From a virus (Duplodnaviria > Caudoviricetes): a stretch of DNA of 64,000 nucleotides. The stretch's first letter is position 1. Each line of letters starts with the position of its first letter. Location: positions 96,001 through 160,000 of the IMG/VR virus record IMGVR_UViG_3300037067_019009, one strand, 5' to 3'. The translations under genes were made by a program, and so were the position numbers. Positions 53,118-63,587 of the stretch are shown here, piece after piece. Under the pieces are notes generated by a model, which was not told the origin of the DNA, ran no database searches, and was given only the letters and a program-made list of their open reading frames with translations.

Positions 53118-53776
53118 AAGCATTTGTAAATAACTTCAACCACTTTACATGGACTAAAAGTCTTGTAGAAAATTTATACAGGCTTGGCGCGGAGCCGGTA
53201 ATTGTGGATAATGCATCTACCTATCCTCCTCTAATAGAGTGGTATGATTCTACCCCCTGTGAGATTATAAGATTAGAGACCAACACAGGCCACCTGGCTC
53301 CATGGAGTAGCGGTTCAGTAAATAGAATAGCTACTGGGTACTACATAGTGACGGACTCAGATCTAGATATCTCAGAGGTTCCTAACGATACTGTATCGCA
53401 TCTTATTGATGGCTACAATAAACATAAGGTAGTGAAGTGTGGGTTAAGTATAAGAATAGACGATCTTCCTGAAACTAAGATGGGGCAGGTGGCAAGAACT
53501 TGGGAAGCACATTTTTGGGCAAGGCCTACAGGAGATGGGTTCTTTCATGCAGACATAGATACTACTTTTGCTGTATACCATAAGGATAAAGAACCCACAC
53601 GGGTGTATCCGGCTTTGCGTGCTAATTCTCCATATACAGCTAGACACATGCCCTGGTATATTACTCCACATAATATTACTGAGGAGTTTGAGTATTTTAT
53701 GGCTACTACAAGTAAGAGTGAGACTTCTTCATGGAATGAATTAGTAGCTACTATTTATGAAGGGAGTAACGAATGA
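53114..53776 (+). CDS. GT2-like glycosyltransferase (paralog of 54540-55214)
   Basis: IVDNASTYPPL, VTDSDLD, IDTTFA, ARHMPWY. Confidence 0.75.
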   Translation: MKAFVNNFNHFTWTKSLVENLYRLGAEPVIVDNASTYPPLIEWYDSTPCEIIRLETNTGHLAPWSSGSVNRIATGYYIVTDSDLDISEVPNDTVSHLIDGYNKHKVVKCGLSIRIDDLPETKMGQVARTWEAHFWARPTGDGFFHADIDTTFAVYHKDKEPTRVYPALRANSPYTARHMPWYITPHNITEEFEYFMATTSKSETSSWNELVATIYEGSNE

Positions 53777-54540
53777 AAACACTCGTAGCTACAACTCTAT
53801 GGGTGCCGGATAGGGCAGAGTTTAGGTTAAGGTTGGTTACTCGCCACCTAGAGCATTTAGGACTATATACTGGGGATTGGGATTTGCACATTGTTGATAA
53901 CTGCGGAATCCTTGCAGATGAAGTATCTGCTGTTACACGTGCAGCGGAAGATTGTGGAAGACTAGTAACACTGAACTGCAGGTACGACAATCCTGGGTGG
54001 TGTACAGCTAGGAATCTTGCGCTTACTAGATTCTGGGAGGGTAATTATGACCAGATTATTTTGATGGACTGCGACTCCTGGTGCACCGATCTATCATGGA
54101 TAGAACTAGCTCAAGGGGCATCTAAGCTGCTCCCGGCGTACACACTTATATTCCCCGGTTCATATATACAGGGGACCTGCTATATAGGAGAGTTCAGATT
54201 CGAGGTAGTCAGGGATTGGTACGGGAATGTAAACGTTTTAACCAGAGACGCCGTTGCTACGGTTGGTGGTTATGATGGTGTGACCTATCCTTGGGCGTGG
54301 GGTTTTCATGACCTTGATTATGGAGTACGCCTCAAGAAAGCTGGTATGTTGTCTAAAGCAGGTAATCGATATTTGTCGCTTTGCGCTGGGTGCTCTGACG
54401 AGCACGATGAAGAGTACACACAAAAGCTGGCCACCATCAAAGGAGAGATTAGCCGTAAATCTTTTGTATTTTTTGATAGAGTGAGGAAGATAGAGCGTGG
54501 AGAAGCTCCGGTGTTCGTTGACTACAGAGTGTTACCGTAA
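53773..54540 (+). CDS. GT2/GT7-like glycosyltransferase
   Basis: IVDN, ARN, LMDCD, VGGYD..WGFHDLDY. Confidence 0.7.
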   Translation: MKTLVATTLWVPDRAEFRLRLVTRHLEHLGLYTGDWDLHIVDNCGILADEVSAVTRAAEDCGRLVTLNCRYDNPGWCTARNLALTRFWEGNYDQIILMDCDSWCTDLSWIELAQGASKLLPAYTLIFPGSYIQGTCYIGEFRFEVVRDWYGNVNVLTRDAVATVGGYDGVTYPWAWGFHDLDYGVRLKKAGMLSKAGNRYLSLCAGCSDEHDEEYTQKLATIKGEISRKSFVFFDRVRKIERGEAPVFVDYRVLP

Positions 54541-55214
54541 TGATGCCGGTCATCATAAATAATCGAGACCGTTTAGTGTGGCCTAAGGCCATGATAGGCG
54601 AGATTCAACGGATGGGTGATGTTCATATTATTATTGTGGATAACGCATCCACCTACCCACCGCTACTGGAGTGGTACGTTTCTGCTCCGTGTGAGGTGGT
54701 CATGCTCAAAGATAATCTAGGTCCTCGAGCGCCTTGGACGTCAGGTGTTATTTCTGGACTGACGAAGGATGTTTATATAGTAACGGATCCTGATCTGGAC
54801 CTCTCTGGCCTGCCCGCCAATACTATAGCCTATTTAGATAATGGTCTTAGCAAGCCGGGAGTATGGAAAGTGGGATTGTCCCTGAGACTTGATGATCTAC
54901 CAAATACTTCTATAGCTAACGCGGCTAAGAACTGGGAGCAGAGATTTTGGGGGTGCTACACTGGCGATGGTTACTATGTGGCTCCGGTAGATACCACGTT
55001 TGCCTTGTATAATCGAAAGACAGTACCGGAGGATATAGGGGGCTTTATAAACGGAGCTCTCAGGGCCGCACCCCCGTATTCAGCAAGGCACTTGCCCTGG
55101 TACCTTACGCCAGATACCGTGACGGAGGAGGAAAAACACTATTTATCCGCGGCCACATGCGGAACCTCAGGTTCCTTTTGGAACCAGAGTATAAAAAACA
55201 TTCTTGGTGTTTAA
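54540..55214 (+). CDS. GT2-like glycosyltransferase (paralog of 53114-53776)
   Basis: IVDNASTYPPL, VTDPDLD, VDTTFA, ARHLPWY. Confidence 0.75.
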   Translation: MMPVIINNRDRLVWPKAMIGEIQRMGDVHIIIVDNASTYPPLLEWYVSAPCEVVMLKDNLGPRAPWTSGVISGLTKDVYIVTDPDLDLSGLPANTIAYLDNGLSKPGVWKVGLSLRLDDLPNTSIANAAKNWEQRFWGCYTGDGYYVAPVDTTFALYNRKTVPEDIGGFINGALRAAPPYSARHLPWYLTPDTVTEEEKHYLSAATCGTSGSFWNQSIKNILGV

Positions 55215-55870
55215 TAATTTTGGATATGGGTGATGAAAGCCCAAGGATTTTCTTGGCTATTTATACGTTTGATAAGAAGTCTTATTGTGATGAGGAGTTT
55301 TTCGGAAAAATAAAAGCTCTGACTTACACGAATAAAGAAATTCATGTGGTGGATAACTCCACTACTGGTGGGTATACCACACGATTAGCTGAACTACTCG
55401 ATGGTACAGATTCAGAGATTTCGCATTTGGATATTGTCGTGCCACCAGGTTGTAGTAAGACACATGAGCATATAACCCAGTCTGCTAATCTTCTACGTGA
55501 TAAGTTTTTGGGTGGCGGGTGTGACTATTTCTTTACTGTAGAATCTGATGTATTTCTTCCGAGTAATGCTATAGAGGCTCTTTTAGAAAAAGTGGGCTCT
55601 TATGATATATTTGGTGGGCTCTACTACGAGGGCCGGTACCCTAAGGAGTGGTATGAAGAGGAGCATTCGGAAATAGAGGAAATGTCCCATGTACTTTCTG
55701 GATGTACGCTATATAGTAGGAGATCGATTGAGCAGGTGGCTTTTAGGTACGACCCCACGTTTTTAGTTGGCTACCCTGATGCCTTCATTAGCCATGATAT
55801 ATTTGGTTTGGGGTATAAATGCGCTATGTACACTGGAGTTAAGTGTGAGCATAAGCGCGGGGGGTGGTAG
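55157..55870 (+). CDS. GT-A fold glycosyltransferase (true start probably 55227)
   Basis: VVDNS, VESDV, GCTL, PD..F, KCEH. Confidence 0.7.
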   Translation: MRNLRFLLEPEYKKHSWCLIILDMGDESPRIFLAIYTFDKKSYCDEEFFGKIKALTYTNKEIHVVDNSTTGGYTTRLAELLDGTDSEISHLDIVVPPGCSKTHEHITQSANLLRDKFLGGGCDYFFTVESDVFLPSNAIEALLEKVGSYDIFGGLYYEGRYPKEWYEEEHSEIEEMSHVLSGCTLYSRRSIEQVAFRYDPTFLVGYPDAFISHDIFGLGYKCAMYTGVKCEHKRGGW

Positions 55871-55982
55871 CTTACAACCAATTAACGAAAATATCCCTAA
55901 AATACCACAGTCTGTTAGCTCAATCCGTGGCAAAAAAAGACCACTTTATATATGACACTTTTAGGATAGTGTATTAAAAACC

Positions 55983-56780
55983 TTGGGTAAAACTAATAAA
56001 ACAAACCCCGAGCGCCTCCCAGCTCTATATATCGACTTCTCCAAACCGGTTGAAGATAACATAGTTTACCCCCTTTCCCCAGCCACCAAGTCCAACTCTA
56101 TTCAGTTAATGGCTAGAAGCGCAGGTAAGAAGGCTGACGGATGGGAGACTGCTTCCATAAAACTTGTAGATGCTCAGCATGGTCTATATAGTGACATCCC
56201 TATGCTGTGCATGGGAAAAGCAGTTTCCGGCGGATGTGAGTATTCGAAGTTTTGTCCTTATTCGGAAGAAGAAGTTAATGAACGGTTTATAGGCATTAAC
56301 TGCCCGGTTGAAGTAGTTGAAGCGTTTAAACTGTTCGCAGGTTACATAGTAGATCTTGATATAAAACCTTCTGACTTTACCGATATCCAGACTGTAGTAG
56401 ATATAGTCAGGCTGCATCTACAAATACGCAGGTGTGACCTCTATATGAAAAGTAGGCCCATCTGGCAGGAGAACGTGGCTGGAGTTGTGCAGAGTTCGGG
56501 TAAGGCTAAATATAACAAAGTAGTAGGGGTAGGGCACACTATGTCTAGGGAGCTTCGTGGCGACCTAGATAGAAAATATCAGCAGCTTGTAGCCACAAGA
56601 GAAAGTAAAGTCAAAGCCGAGGTTGCCACTGGCAACGCCCAGAAAGATATGGCGACGGTCATGGCAAATATATATGCGGCGGCGGCTAAGGTTAATAAAA
56701 ACAAAGAAGATAAAGTAAAGAAATTGAAAGACACATCTACTGTAGACGCTGAGTTCGAAGTCTCTAGTGATGAAGATTGA
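55983..56780 (+). CDS. hypothetical protein, candidate small terminase subunit
   Basis: HGLY..C..C..CP..CP pattern with helical C-terminus, upstream of terL; function inferred from position only. Confidence 0.45.
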   Translation: MGKTNKTNPERLPALYIDFSKPVEDNIVYPLSPATKSNSIQLMARSAGKKADGWETASIKLVDAQHGLYSDIPMLCMGKAVSGGCEYSKFCPYSEEEVNERFIGINCPVEVVEAFKLFAGYIVDLDIKPSDFTDIQTVVDIVRLHLQIRRCDLYMKSRPIWQENVAGVVQSSGKAKYNKVVGVGHTMSRELRGDLDRKYQQLVATRESKVKAEVATGNAQKDMATVMANIYAAAAKVNKNKEDKVKKLKDTSTVDAEFEVSSDED

Positions 56781-56799
56781 AGGTAGGAGCTGAATAGTA

Positions 56800-57204
56800 A
56801 TGGCTGGTAAGCTTGATTTTATGCGGGGCGTGTTTGGTGACCTATATAAGGCGGGACGAAAAACAGCTGCTGAGCAGGCAGTGGCTGCAGCAGATGCGAG
56901 TACTTTTGTTAAGTCTGGTATGAATGCGGTAGAAAGGGAGGCAGCACGCCGAGCCTTTTTAGCCTATAGGTATAAAAATTATGCGAAGGGTATAGGTTTG
57001 CACGCGGCGGTGGGTGCTGCTGTTGGTGGAGGCTACGCGTCTTATAGAGGGGATAATGTGTTTGGTGGAGCATGGCGCGGAGCTAAGTATGGAGCATTAG
57101 CTGGTTTAGGGGGAAGCGCTGTACGTAATATAAAAAATCTTAAACCTGTGGGTAGATTTGCACTTTCTGCATATAGAGAAATGCGTGGGCCAGGAATACA
57201 CTAG
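56800..57204 (+). CDS. Gly/Ala-rich basic protein (putative virion or ejection protein)
   Basis: Glycine-zipper segments AAVGAAVGGG, GALAGLGG. Confidence 0.6.
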   Translation: MAGKLDFMRGVFGDLYKAGRKTAAEQAVAAADASTFVKSGMNAVEREAARRAFLAYRYKNYAKGIGLHAAVGAAVGGGYASYRGDNVFGGAWRGAKYGALAGLGGSAVRNIKNLKPVGRFALSAYREMRGPGIH

Positions 57205-57255
57205 ATGCTGCCATTACACGCTATGTAATCCTCAATTAGTGGGCTACTTTTAGCA

Positions 57256-57744
57256 ATGGGATTATCCACAAGATTAGCAGAACAACTATCAAAAGCCGCG
57301 GAGGGCATGCTCGTAGCTGGAGTGAAGGCGGGAGAAGGCCTTCATGGCGTTTCAGGCAGGGCGATGCGAGGTATTGGTAAACAGGTATCTAAAGGCCTGT
57401 TTAATACTTATAGGGCAGAAATAGACCTATATAAGAAAGCGGGATCGTTCCTGATGTCTGGCGGTAGGGGGGCGGGTAGGATGTTAGCACGCGGGCCAAA
57501 CGGCACTACTCTACCTTGGATAGTTGGAGGAGAAGTAAACCCAGTTATACAAAAGAGGCTTATACCAGCTGGATTAGCGGCAGGTGTGGGCTTGGGGACT
57601 TATTCTTCCATGCAGGCTCAAGCATCAGCTCCAGATAGTCCAGGAAACATAGCCGTTAATGGCAACCTCGAGATAAGCACTCCCGGCATGCTTGACGCCA
57701 CGGGCTCCATGGTATTTTCTATGCATAAGAGAGGCAGAGGCTAA
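57256..57744 (+). CDS. Gly/Ala-rich protein (putative virion protein)
   Basis: GLAAGVGLG; C-terminal ATGSMVFSMH..R. Confidence 0.6.
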   Translation: MGLSTRLAEQLSKAAEGMLVAGVKAGEGLHGVSGRAMRGIGKQVSKGLFNTYRAEIDLYKKAGSFLMSGGRGAGRMLARGPNGTTLPWIVGGEVNPVIQKRLIPAGLAAGVGLGTYSSMQAQASAPDSPGNIAVNGNLEISTPGMLDATGSMVFSMHKRGRG

Positions 57745-58151
57745 TGGGAGCGATATCCTCAGTACTTAAAGCTGCGAGCTCTAAATACGGCATCGTTGCG
57801 GTGACTGCTTATTCCGGGGCAAGCGAGCTGAAAAATCGTGAGCCGGGTAAAAGCGCCGTAGGCATAGTAGCCAAAACAGCCGCTGAAATGGCCATGTGGT
57901 ACGCTATCCCCGTGGTGGGTCAGGTGGTGCTGGGCGCGGAGCTTTTGTACTCAGTGGCCTCCTTAGCCAACCAGATTCACGCTAAAAATTCATCTTATAT
58001 TCGTACTGCACGCCAATCCTTTTCTCATTCATTCACTCATACTGATGCTACCTACCAGGCCCAGCAGCGTGGTATTGCTATGATAGGCAAACACAATGGG
58101 CTGCTAGGCTCCGAGGCTGGTATGATGGCCAGCCTTTACTCTCGCCGCTGA
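57744..58151 (+). CDS. Ala-rich protein (putative virion protein)
   Basis: Hydrophobic central helix; C-terminal LGSEA motif. Confidence 0.6.
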   Translation: MGAISSVLKAASSKYGIVAVTAYSGASELKNREPGKSAVGIVAKTAAEMAMWYAIPVVGQVVLGAELLYSVASLANQIHAKNSSYIRTARQSFSHSFTHTDATYQAQQRGIAMIGKHNGLLGSEAGMMASLYSRR

Positions 58152-58247
58152 GTATAGACTCAGCTGTTTCCTCCCCTCCTCCCTAAAAGGGCGGCATTGT
58201 TCTCTCCTCGAGTTCGGTGCCGCCCCCACGTATAGAGATAGTACATA

Positions 58248-59918
58248 ATGAAGGATTTCGCAAACTTACCAGATTCCGAACTAGTAGCTCTCGCTGAGTT
58301 CATGGATAACCCCCAGCTCTGGATAGAGGCATGTCTTAGAAATCCACTGACGAACGAGCCTCTGAGATTCAACTATGTACAGAGAAAGTTTTTTTCTACA
58401 AAACGAAAAAACAAGGTACTCAGGATACATAGGAGAGCTGGTAAAAGTTGGCTGTTGGCCTCTTATGCTATATGGTATGCGTTTACTCATGCTAGCAGAC
58501 AGGTGATGATAATTTGCCCGGACTCTAGTAAAGTGGAAACTATCTTCAATGCCATAGATGATTTCATCAGGGTCTCCCCTGGAATAGCTCAGTCCGTACA
58601 TGAGCGGCAGAAGACTCCCGCAAGAAGGAAGTTTACTAATGGTTCGCTTATAGCAGGATTCACTACTGGGGCCAGATCTAACTCTAAGGGTGAGTCTGTA
58701 AGAAGTAAGTCGGCTGATGTGGTGATAATAGATGAAGCCGCTTATCTCAGGGAAGAGGATTGGGCGGCCATACTACCCATTATGACGGGTGATTCGGAGC
58801 GAGTAGGGAAAGTAATCTGTTTGATAAGTTCTACTCCGACGTCTGAGCGTGGGCACTACTATATGTATTGCACCAAAGACTTTTCTGATATTAAGGAGTC
58901 TCAGCGTTGGGATCAGATACACGTATCTGTTTTTGATAATCCTGATTTTGATGAAGATGCTCGGGCAACGATAAGGGCCATGCACACTGAAGAGGAGCTT
59001 CGTCAGGAGTGGGAAGCCGAATTCCCTGACGTTGGAGAAGGAGTATTCAAGCGCAGTTATATTGATCGGGCGGGTAGGGCGTTTTACTATTACGATGCCG
59101 ATAAACAGGAAACTATACCTAAGACTGCCATAAGGACTATGGGAGTAGATTGGGATAAGGTGCAGGCTGGACCTAATATAGTAGTACTGGAATTGGATCC
59201 CAAAGCCGAGTTTTATAGAGTTTGTTACCGAGAAGAAATCCCTAGGACCGAGTATTCTCTTACCATTGCGGTAGAGAGGATAATCGAGTTAAACACAATA
59301 TTCAATCCCTCGTATATCTACGTGGATAGAGGGTATGCTGAACAGGCTGTAGAAACATTGCACCTGCACGGGGCTAAGCACCCGGATACCGGACTCGCTA
59401 AAAAAGTGCGTGGGGTGTCGTTTTCTGAAAACGTGGAGGTTATGGATCCATTTACCGGTGAGGCCGTGAAGAAAAGGATAAAGCCCTACATGGTCAATAT
59501 TCTGGTAAAGTGGTTCGAAGACAATAGCATTGTTTATCCGGCCTCTGATAAGCAGTTCATCACACAACTAGAAGAGTTCAAAGTAGTGCGCACAACCGAT
59601 AATCATATTACTTACTCTTCAGTTAATGAACACATAATAGATGCTTGTATGTTAGCTGCTTATGCGATGCATGAAAACTACACTGACCCATTTAGATTTA
59701 CTCCCGCGGAAGACTCCTATCTAATGCCGATACCCGATGTGGTTCCACCTGCCGTGGGAGAGGCGCAGGGGAGAGCCATATTCGGGCCCATAATGGATCG
59801 GGCTTACCGGGCAGAAAGTTTTACTACGAGAAAGCTTCCTATCGGGTATGGTAGGGGGTTTACCAGAGATGCGGATGCTCAGCACGGCACGGACCTTCCA
59901 ACAAGAAGTAGTTTCTAG
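58248..59918 (+). CDS. terL: large terminase subunit
   Basis: Q-motif, Walker A RRAGKS, Walker B VVIIDEAAY, ISSTP motif III, RQEWEAEF, nuclease MGVDWD..YVDRG..EHIIDA. Confidence 0.93.
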   Translation: MKDFANLPDSELVALAEFMDNPQLWIEACLRNPLTNEPLRFNYVQRKFFSTKRKNKVLRIHRRAGKSWLLASYAIWYAFTHASRQVMIICPDSSKVETIFNAIDDFIRVSPGIAQSVHERQKTPARRKFTNGSLIAGFTTGARSNSKGESVRSKSADVVIIDEAAYLREEDWAAILPIMTGDSERVGKVICLISSTPTSERGHYYMYCTKDFSDIKESQRWDQIHVSVFDNPDFDEDARATIRAMHTEEELRQEWEAEFPDVGEGVFKRSYIDRAGRAFYYYDADKQETIPKTAIRTMGVDWDKVQAGPNIVVLELDPKAEFYRVCYREEIPRTEYSLTIAVERIIELNTIFNPSYIYVDRGYAEQAVETLHLHGAKHPDTGLAKKVRGVSFSENVEVMDPFTGEAVKKRIKPYMVNILVKWFEDNSIVYPASDKQFITQLEEFKVVRTTDNHITYSSVNEHIIDACMLAAYAMHENYTDPFRFTPAEDSYLMPIPDVVPPAVGEAQGRAIFGPIMDRAYRAESFTTRKLPIGYGRGFTRDADAQHGTDLPTRSSF

Positions 59919-59980
59919 GTGTAGCTGGCCGGGGGAAGTTCCCCCATCCTCCCCACTTCTTCCGGCCACTACTAATACTT

Positions 59981-61390
59981 ATGGACATTACAGAGTTTTT
60001 AAAAAAACCCTCACTTGCTTATAATCCACGGACCTCCACTCTTGAGTCGCCGACCATGACGCTCACCGAGCTGGCTATAAAGGAAGGCACGGTGACCACC
60101 GTTCCCGAGGCCAGAGTAGCTATACGCGATAGTATAATCAAAGATACCGCCCGCCTTACGAATACTCGAGACGCAATCTTTGCCACTATTGAGGACGAGA
60201 GTGTGGTCCTGCAAACAGAGGTGGCTTCGGTAGCAGGGAAGTCCTATGTGACTAGAGGCGATTATATTAGCGGGTTGCTGAGTCAGGATCCAGGTGCAGT
60301 AATGGCTCGTGAGGCGTATGAGACTTATCATTCCAGTTATTATAACCAGGGGCATCCTGGCAATCTAATCACTGGAATAATAGAGCGGTTTAAGTGCGAT
60401 CTCGCGGGAAGTCTTGATATCCTCGGAAGTGAACTTCTTTCTGATGATTATTTGACGGCGTTAGGCAGCGCTGGAATGTTTACCGGCAACCCGGAGGCGG
60501 TCAAGGTCCTAGCTATTATAGATAGCGATGCCAGAGAGGCTTATGAGCTCAGGCTTGAGATCCTTCGTTGTGGGCGTGCTACTCAGGAAGCCATGCGGGC
60601 TAATTGGATTCTGCTTTTAGGACTGAACGCGGAGTTTGTTTTCTCTACTCGTAGAGAATTGGAAGACCTTTTGGACATGCTTCGTAAGATGAGAAGCGTC
60701 CTTAAACTTTGTTACGCTATTCATGGTACGGAGTTTCAAAGCCTCCTGGAGTATACAAGAAACTACGCTACAAACCAGGCCATGGATTTAGCTCTTTATG
60801 AGGTATACGAGGCTGCGTCCAGAGCTAGGAACGAGCTTATATTTCCGGTTGTTAACTGGATAGTAGTTCATGGGAACAGTCCCGTGTACTTACCGGCTGA
60901 GCAGAGATCGTTACTAGATTTGATAGCAAACACGGTTTCAGATTTGGCCGGTAGGTCTATCGATAGTCTTGTTGATCTCAGGATTCGCAAGCAACAAAGG
61001 ACTTCTCTGCACGTAGCCAGTGTTGGTAAAGTGAAGTCTATGCTCTATATGCGTGGCTTGATAATGAAACTGGATGTTTTAATATCTATGCTTCCTCAAG
61101 TCATAAGCGGAGTATTAGATCCGGAATGGGCGCACACATGTTTATCAGGCGGCGGTGATGTACCAGCCACCGACGGGTGGGATGAGCGTGTTTCTCAAGA
61201 AGAGAAAGAAGAAGTCGGGTTTGACCCCCTAGTGGTAGGAGAGGTCACTAATGTTCCACAAGACCTTTATCCTGTGGTGTTTGCCGATCAGTTTTCGTCA
61301 GACTCCTCGGCAATGGGGTCAGGGTCCGATGGAAGTGGTTTTGTGCAAGCTTGGATAAAGGCTCAATCAGAGCTTTCAAATCGGGGGTAA
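59981..61390 (+). CDS. helical hypothetical protein between terL and portal
   Basis: 469-aa ORF. Confidence 0.65.
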   Translation: MDITEFLKKPSLAYNPRTSTLESPTMTLTELAIKEGTVTTVPEARVAIRDSIIKDTARLTNTRDAIFATIEDESVVLQTEVASVAGKSYVTRGDYISGLLSQDPGAVMAREAYETYHSSYYNQGHPGNLITGIIERFKCDLAGSLDILGSELLSDDYLTALGSAGMFTGNPEAVKVLAIIDSDAREAYELRLEILRCGRATQEAMRANWILLLGLNAEFVFSTRRELEDLLDMLRKMRSVLKLCYAIHGTEFQSLLEYTRNYATNQAMDLALYEVYEAASRARNELIFPVVNWIVVHGNSPVYLPAEQRSLLDLIANTVSDLAGRSIDSLVDLRIRKQQRTSLHVASVGKVKSMLYMRGLIMKLDVLISMLPQVISGVLDPEWAHTCLSGGGDVPATDGWDERVSQEEKEEVGFDPLVVGEVTNVPQDLYPVVFADQFSSDSSAMGSGSDGSGFVQAWIKAQSELSNRG

Positions 61391-61402
61391 GTCAGCGGGA
61401 GG

Positions 61403-61933
61403 ATGTGTTGGATGCTGAGAGATTTATTTACATGGAAATCCACTATACGTAAACTTAGGGATGAGTTACAAAAGGTGGTTCTAGTCAGTGAAGCGGCCAT
61501 TATAGATAGAGATAATTTAGCCCAGGAAGCAAAAGAACTAAAAGATTCCGCTGTGTATGCTACGTCCGAAATGGATCGGGTGAGCCATGTTAAGGCTTGT
61601 TTACAGGACAAGGAATGCTTGGTGGGCGGAAGGCCTTTCATAGAAGCTGGTTTGTATAACTGGCTGAATATAAATAACCCGATATACCTGGATTTTCTTT
61701 TCCCCGATGTTCCACTGGCTATTTTAGTTAAGCCTAATATGGATGTATGTCCAGGTGCGTATAAGCATACCGATGTTAGAGTAGGGAACAGGATTTCGCA
61801 GGAAGCCGCGTATGTAACTGTAGTGTGCCATAGAGCGGGAGTTCCTCTTATGGTGGTAGAGCCAGAAGACAAAACTGACGTGTACACTATTGCTCTTAAA
61901 GTAAGAAAAGCCTTAGAGTCGTGGAAGGAGTAG
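61403..61933 (+). CDS. hypothetical protein, degenerate PD-(D/E)xK/Vsr-like fold
   Basis: YLDFLFPDVPLAILV...C...GVPLMVV. Confidence 0.45.
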   Translation: MCWMLRDLFTWKSTIRKLRDELQKVVLVSEAAIIDRDNLAQEAKELKDSAVYATSEMDRVSHVKACLQDKECLVGGRPFIEAGLYNWLNINNPIYLDFLFPDVPLAILVKPNMDVCPGAYKHTDVRVGNRISQEAAYVTVVCHRAGVPLMVVEPEDKTDVYTIALKVRKALESWKE

Positions 61934-61940
61934 TAGACAA

Positions 61941-63587
61941 TTGGCTATAATTGAAACAAACTTACCACTCCGTCCAATAACTGGTTTCAGACGTATAGAC
62001 GCCACGGAAGCCAGTTACTCTATTCCAAGAATAGGCAACCCTTCTCCTGAGATGGATTATGGGTTTTCTAGGGCACACTCACTTCTTAACGGAAATTCTC
62101 GCACTCTGAAAGATATACAGAATGGCTACATGACTGATGGTTATATTCATCAGGCCGTAAGCAGATATGCGGAAAAGGTTATAAAAGAGGGCTACTACTT
62201 TTCAGGCGAGGAAGCTCCGGTAAAATACCTACAGACTCGTCTTGATATGATGACCGTGGCGACTGGAGAATTTTTCTTCACCCCAATACTTGAAGCCCTA
62301 CGAGACTATATCAAGTACGCTAATGGTTACCTACTAAAGGCCAGATATGACAGCTCGGTTGTGTTATCGGGTCCCAAGGTTAAAGGGATCAGACGTATAC
62401 AGGGAATTAATGGTAAAGGCCCAATTGGGGGGTACTACAGCGTTTCTCCTCTTCATGTGAGCCCTAAAACTGAATACGTTAATGGCGTGTCTACTCAGAC
62501 CGGGTGGTACATCGATAGCTGTGTTTCTGGCATGAAGACTGTGGATAAAGATGACCTTATCCACATAACGTACGATAAACAATCTGGTAGCATTAGTGGG
62601 ATTCCGTGGGTCATACCAGCGTTGGAAGACGTAAGAGCGCTTAGGGCGCTGGAAGAGATGGTCATACAGCTTGTATTTAAAAGCCTCAACCCACTAATAC
62701 ATCATGAGGTGCCTGATTCCACGGGAACCGGAAGAGGCAGACAAGAAGATGTAACTCGAACCGCGCAAAAACATGATGTAATGGCCGTTAACGGCTACAT
62801 TATTACTCCTCCTGGCCACAAGATTCAGATGATTGGAGCTGAGTCCAAGGCCCTACGAGCCGAAGGCTACCTAAAAATGCTCCGTTATAGAGTGTACGCT
62901 GCTCTTGGGGTCAATCCAGTAATGATGGGAGAGGCAAGTACCACTGGAGTCGGAGTTACTGAAGGCTTTACTGCCATCATGCACGACAGGGTGCGGTTCT
63001 TTCAGAAAGAATTTGCAGACGCGCTTACTTACGGTATGCTTTGGGAGTTGTTGGAGGAGGGGGGTTACTCCCCAGCGATGAACTCAGTGGATCGTGCGTA
63101 CTGGGTGTTTAACGAAGTAGACATAGATCGTAGGATAAAGGAAGAGTCCAACAACTTACTCAAATATCATGGAAACGCCATAACGGAACCAGAGCTTCGA
63201 GCGACGCTTAAGATGTCCCCAATTGCTGAATCTGATAGAAAAGACATGTACCTGAACTTAGTTCAAATTCCGCAGATTACCGCCCAAGCTTCAGCTAGAG
63301 GAAGCGCCTACCAAAATGCTACACAAGAGGCGGCAACTAATATAAGCATAGACGGACTTAAAGCATTCTTGACCCCCAGTGTTACTTCCGGTGTTATTGA
63401 TTCCGAGCATTTATGCCTTCAGGCAAAAGGCTACGCGGATGCACATGGATTTGATTTCATGGTTAAAGACTCTATAAATGACGCTATTGTTTTGTTTTGT
63501 GCTTCTACATCCGAATCGGATTCCATAGTTGAAAAAGTTAGTAAGCTGCATGCTTATCTGGATGTATATGCACAGACTTTCGGTTAG
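61941..63587 (+). CDS. portal protein
   Basis: D.YI..AV, DYIKYANGYL, DLIHITY...GIP...ALED, ALGV.P.MMG, AIT..E.R..L; located after terL. Confidence 0.85.
   Translation: MAIIETNLPLRPITGFRRIDATEASYSIPRIGNPSPEMDYGFSRAHSLLNGNSRTLKDIQNGYMTDGYIHQAVSRYAEKVIKEGYYFSGEEAPVKYLQTRLDMMTVATGEFFFTPILEALRDYIKYANGYLLKARYDSSVVLSGPKVKGIRRIQGINGKGPIGGYYSVSPLHVSPKTEYVNGVSTQTGWYIDSCVSGMKTVDKDDLIHITYDKQSGSISGIPWVIPALEDVRALRALEEMVIQLVFKSLNPLIHHEVPDSTGTGRGRQEDVTRTAQKHDVMAVNGYIITPPGHKIQMIGAESKALRAEGYLKMLRYRVYAALGVNPVMMGEASTTGVGVTEGFTAIMHDRVRFFQKEFADALTYGMLWELLEEGGYSPAMNSVDRAYWVFNEVDIDRRIKEESNNLLKYHGNAITEPELRATLKMSPIAESDRKDMYLNLVQIPQITAQASARGSAYQNATQEAATNISIDGLKAFLTPSVTSGVIDSEHLCLQAKGYADAHGFDFMVKDSINDAIVLFCASTSESDSIVEKVSKLHAYLDVYAQTFG

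Noticed and set aside
53114-55214. Diversity-generating retroelement TR/VR pair suggested by two similar GT genes
   Set aside because: The similarity is at protein level, the differences are not adenine-specific, and there is no reverse transcriptase in the window. These are ordinary paralogs.
58248-59918. Intein or intron in terL
   Set aside because: The ORF is continuous and of normal size, with no intein splice motifs.
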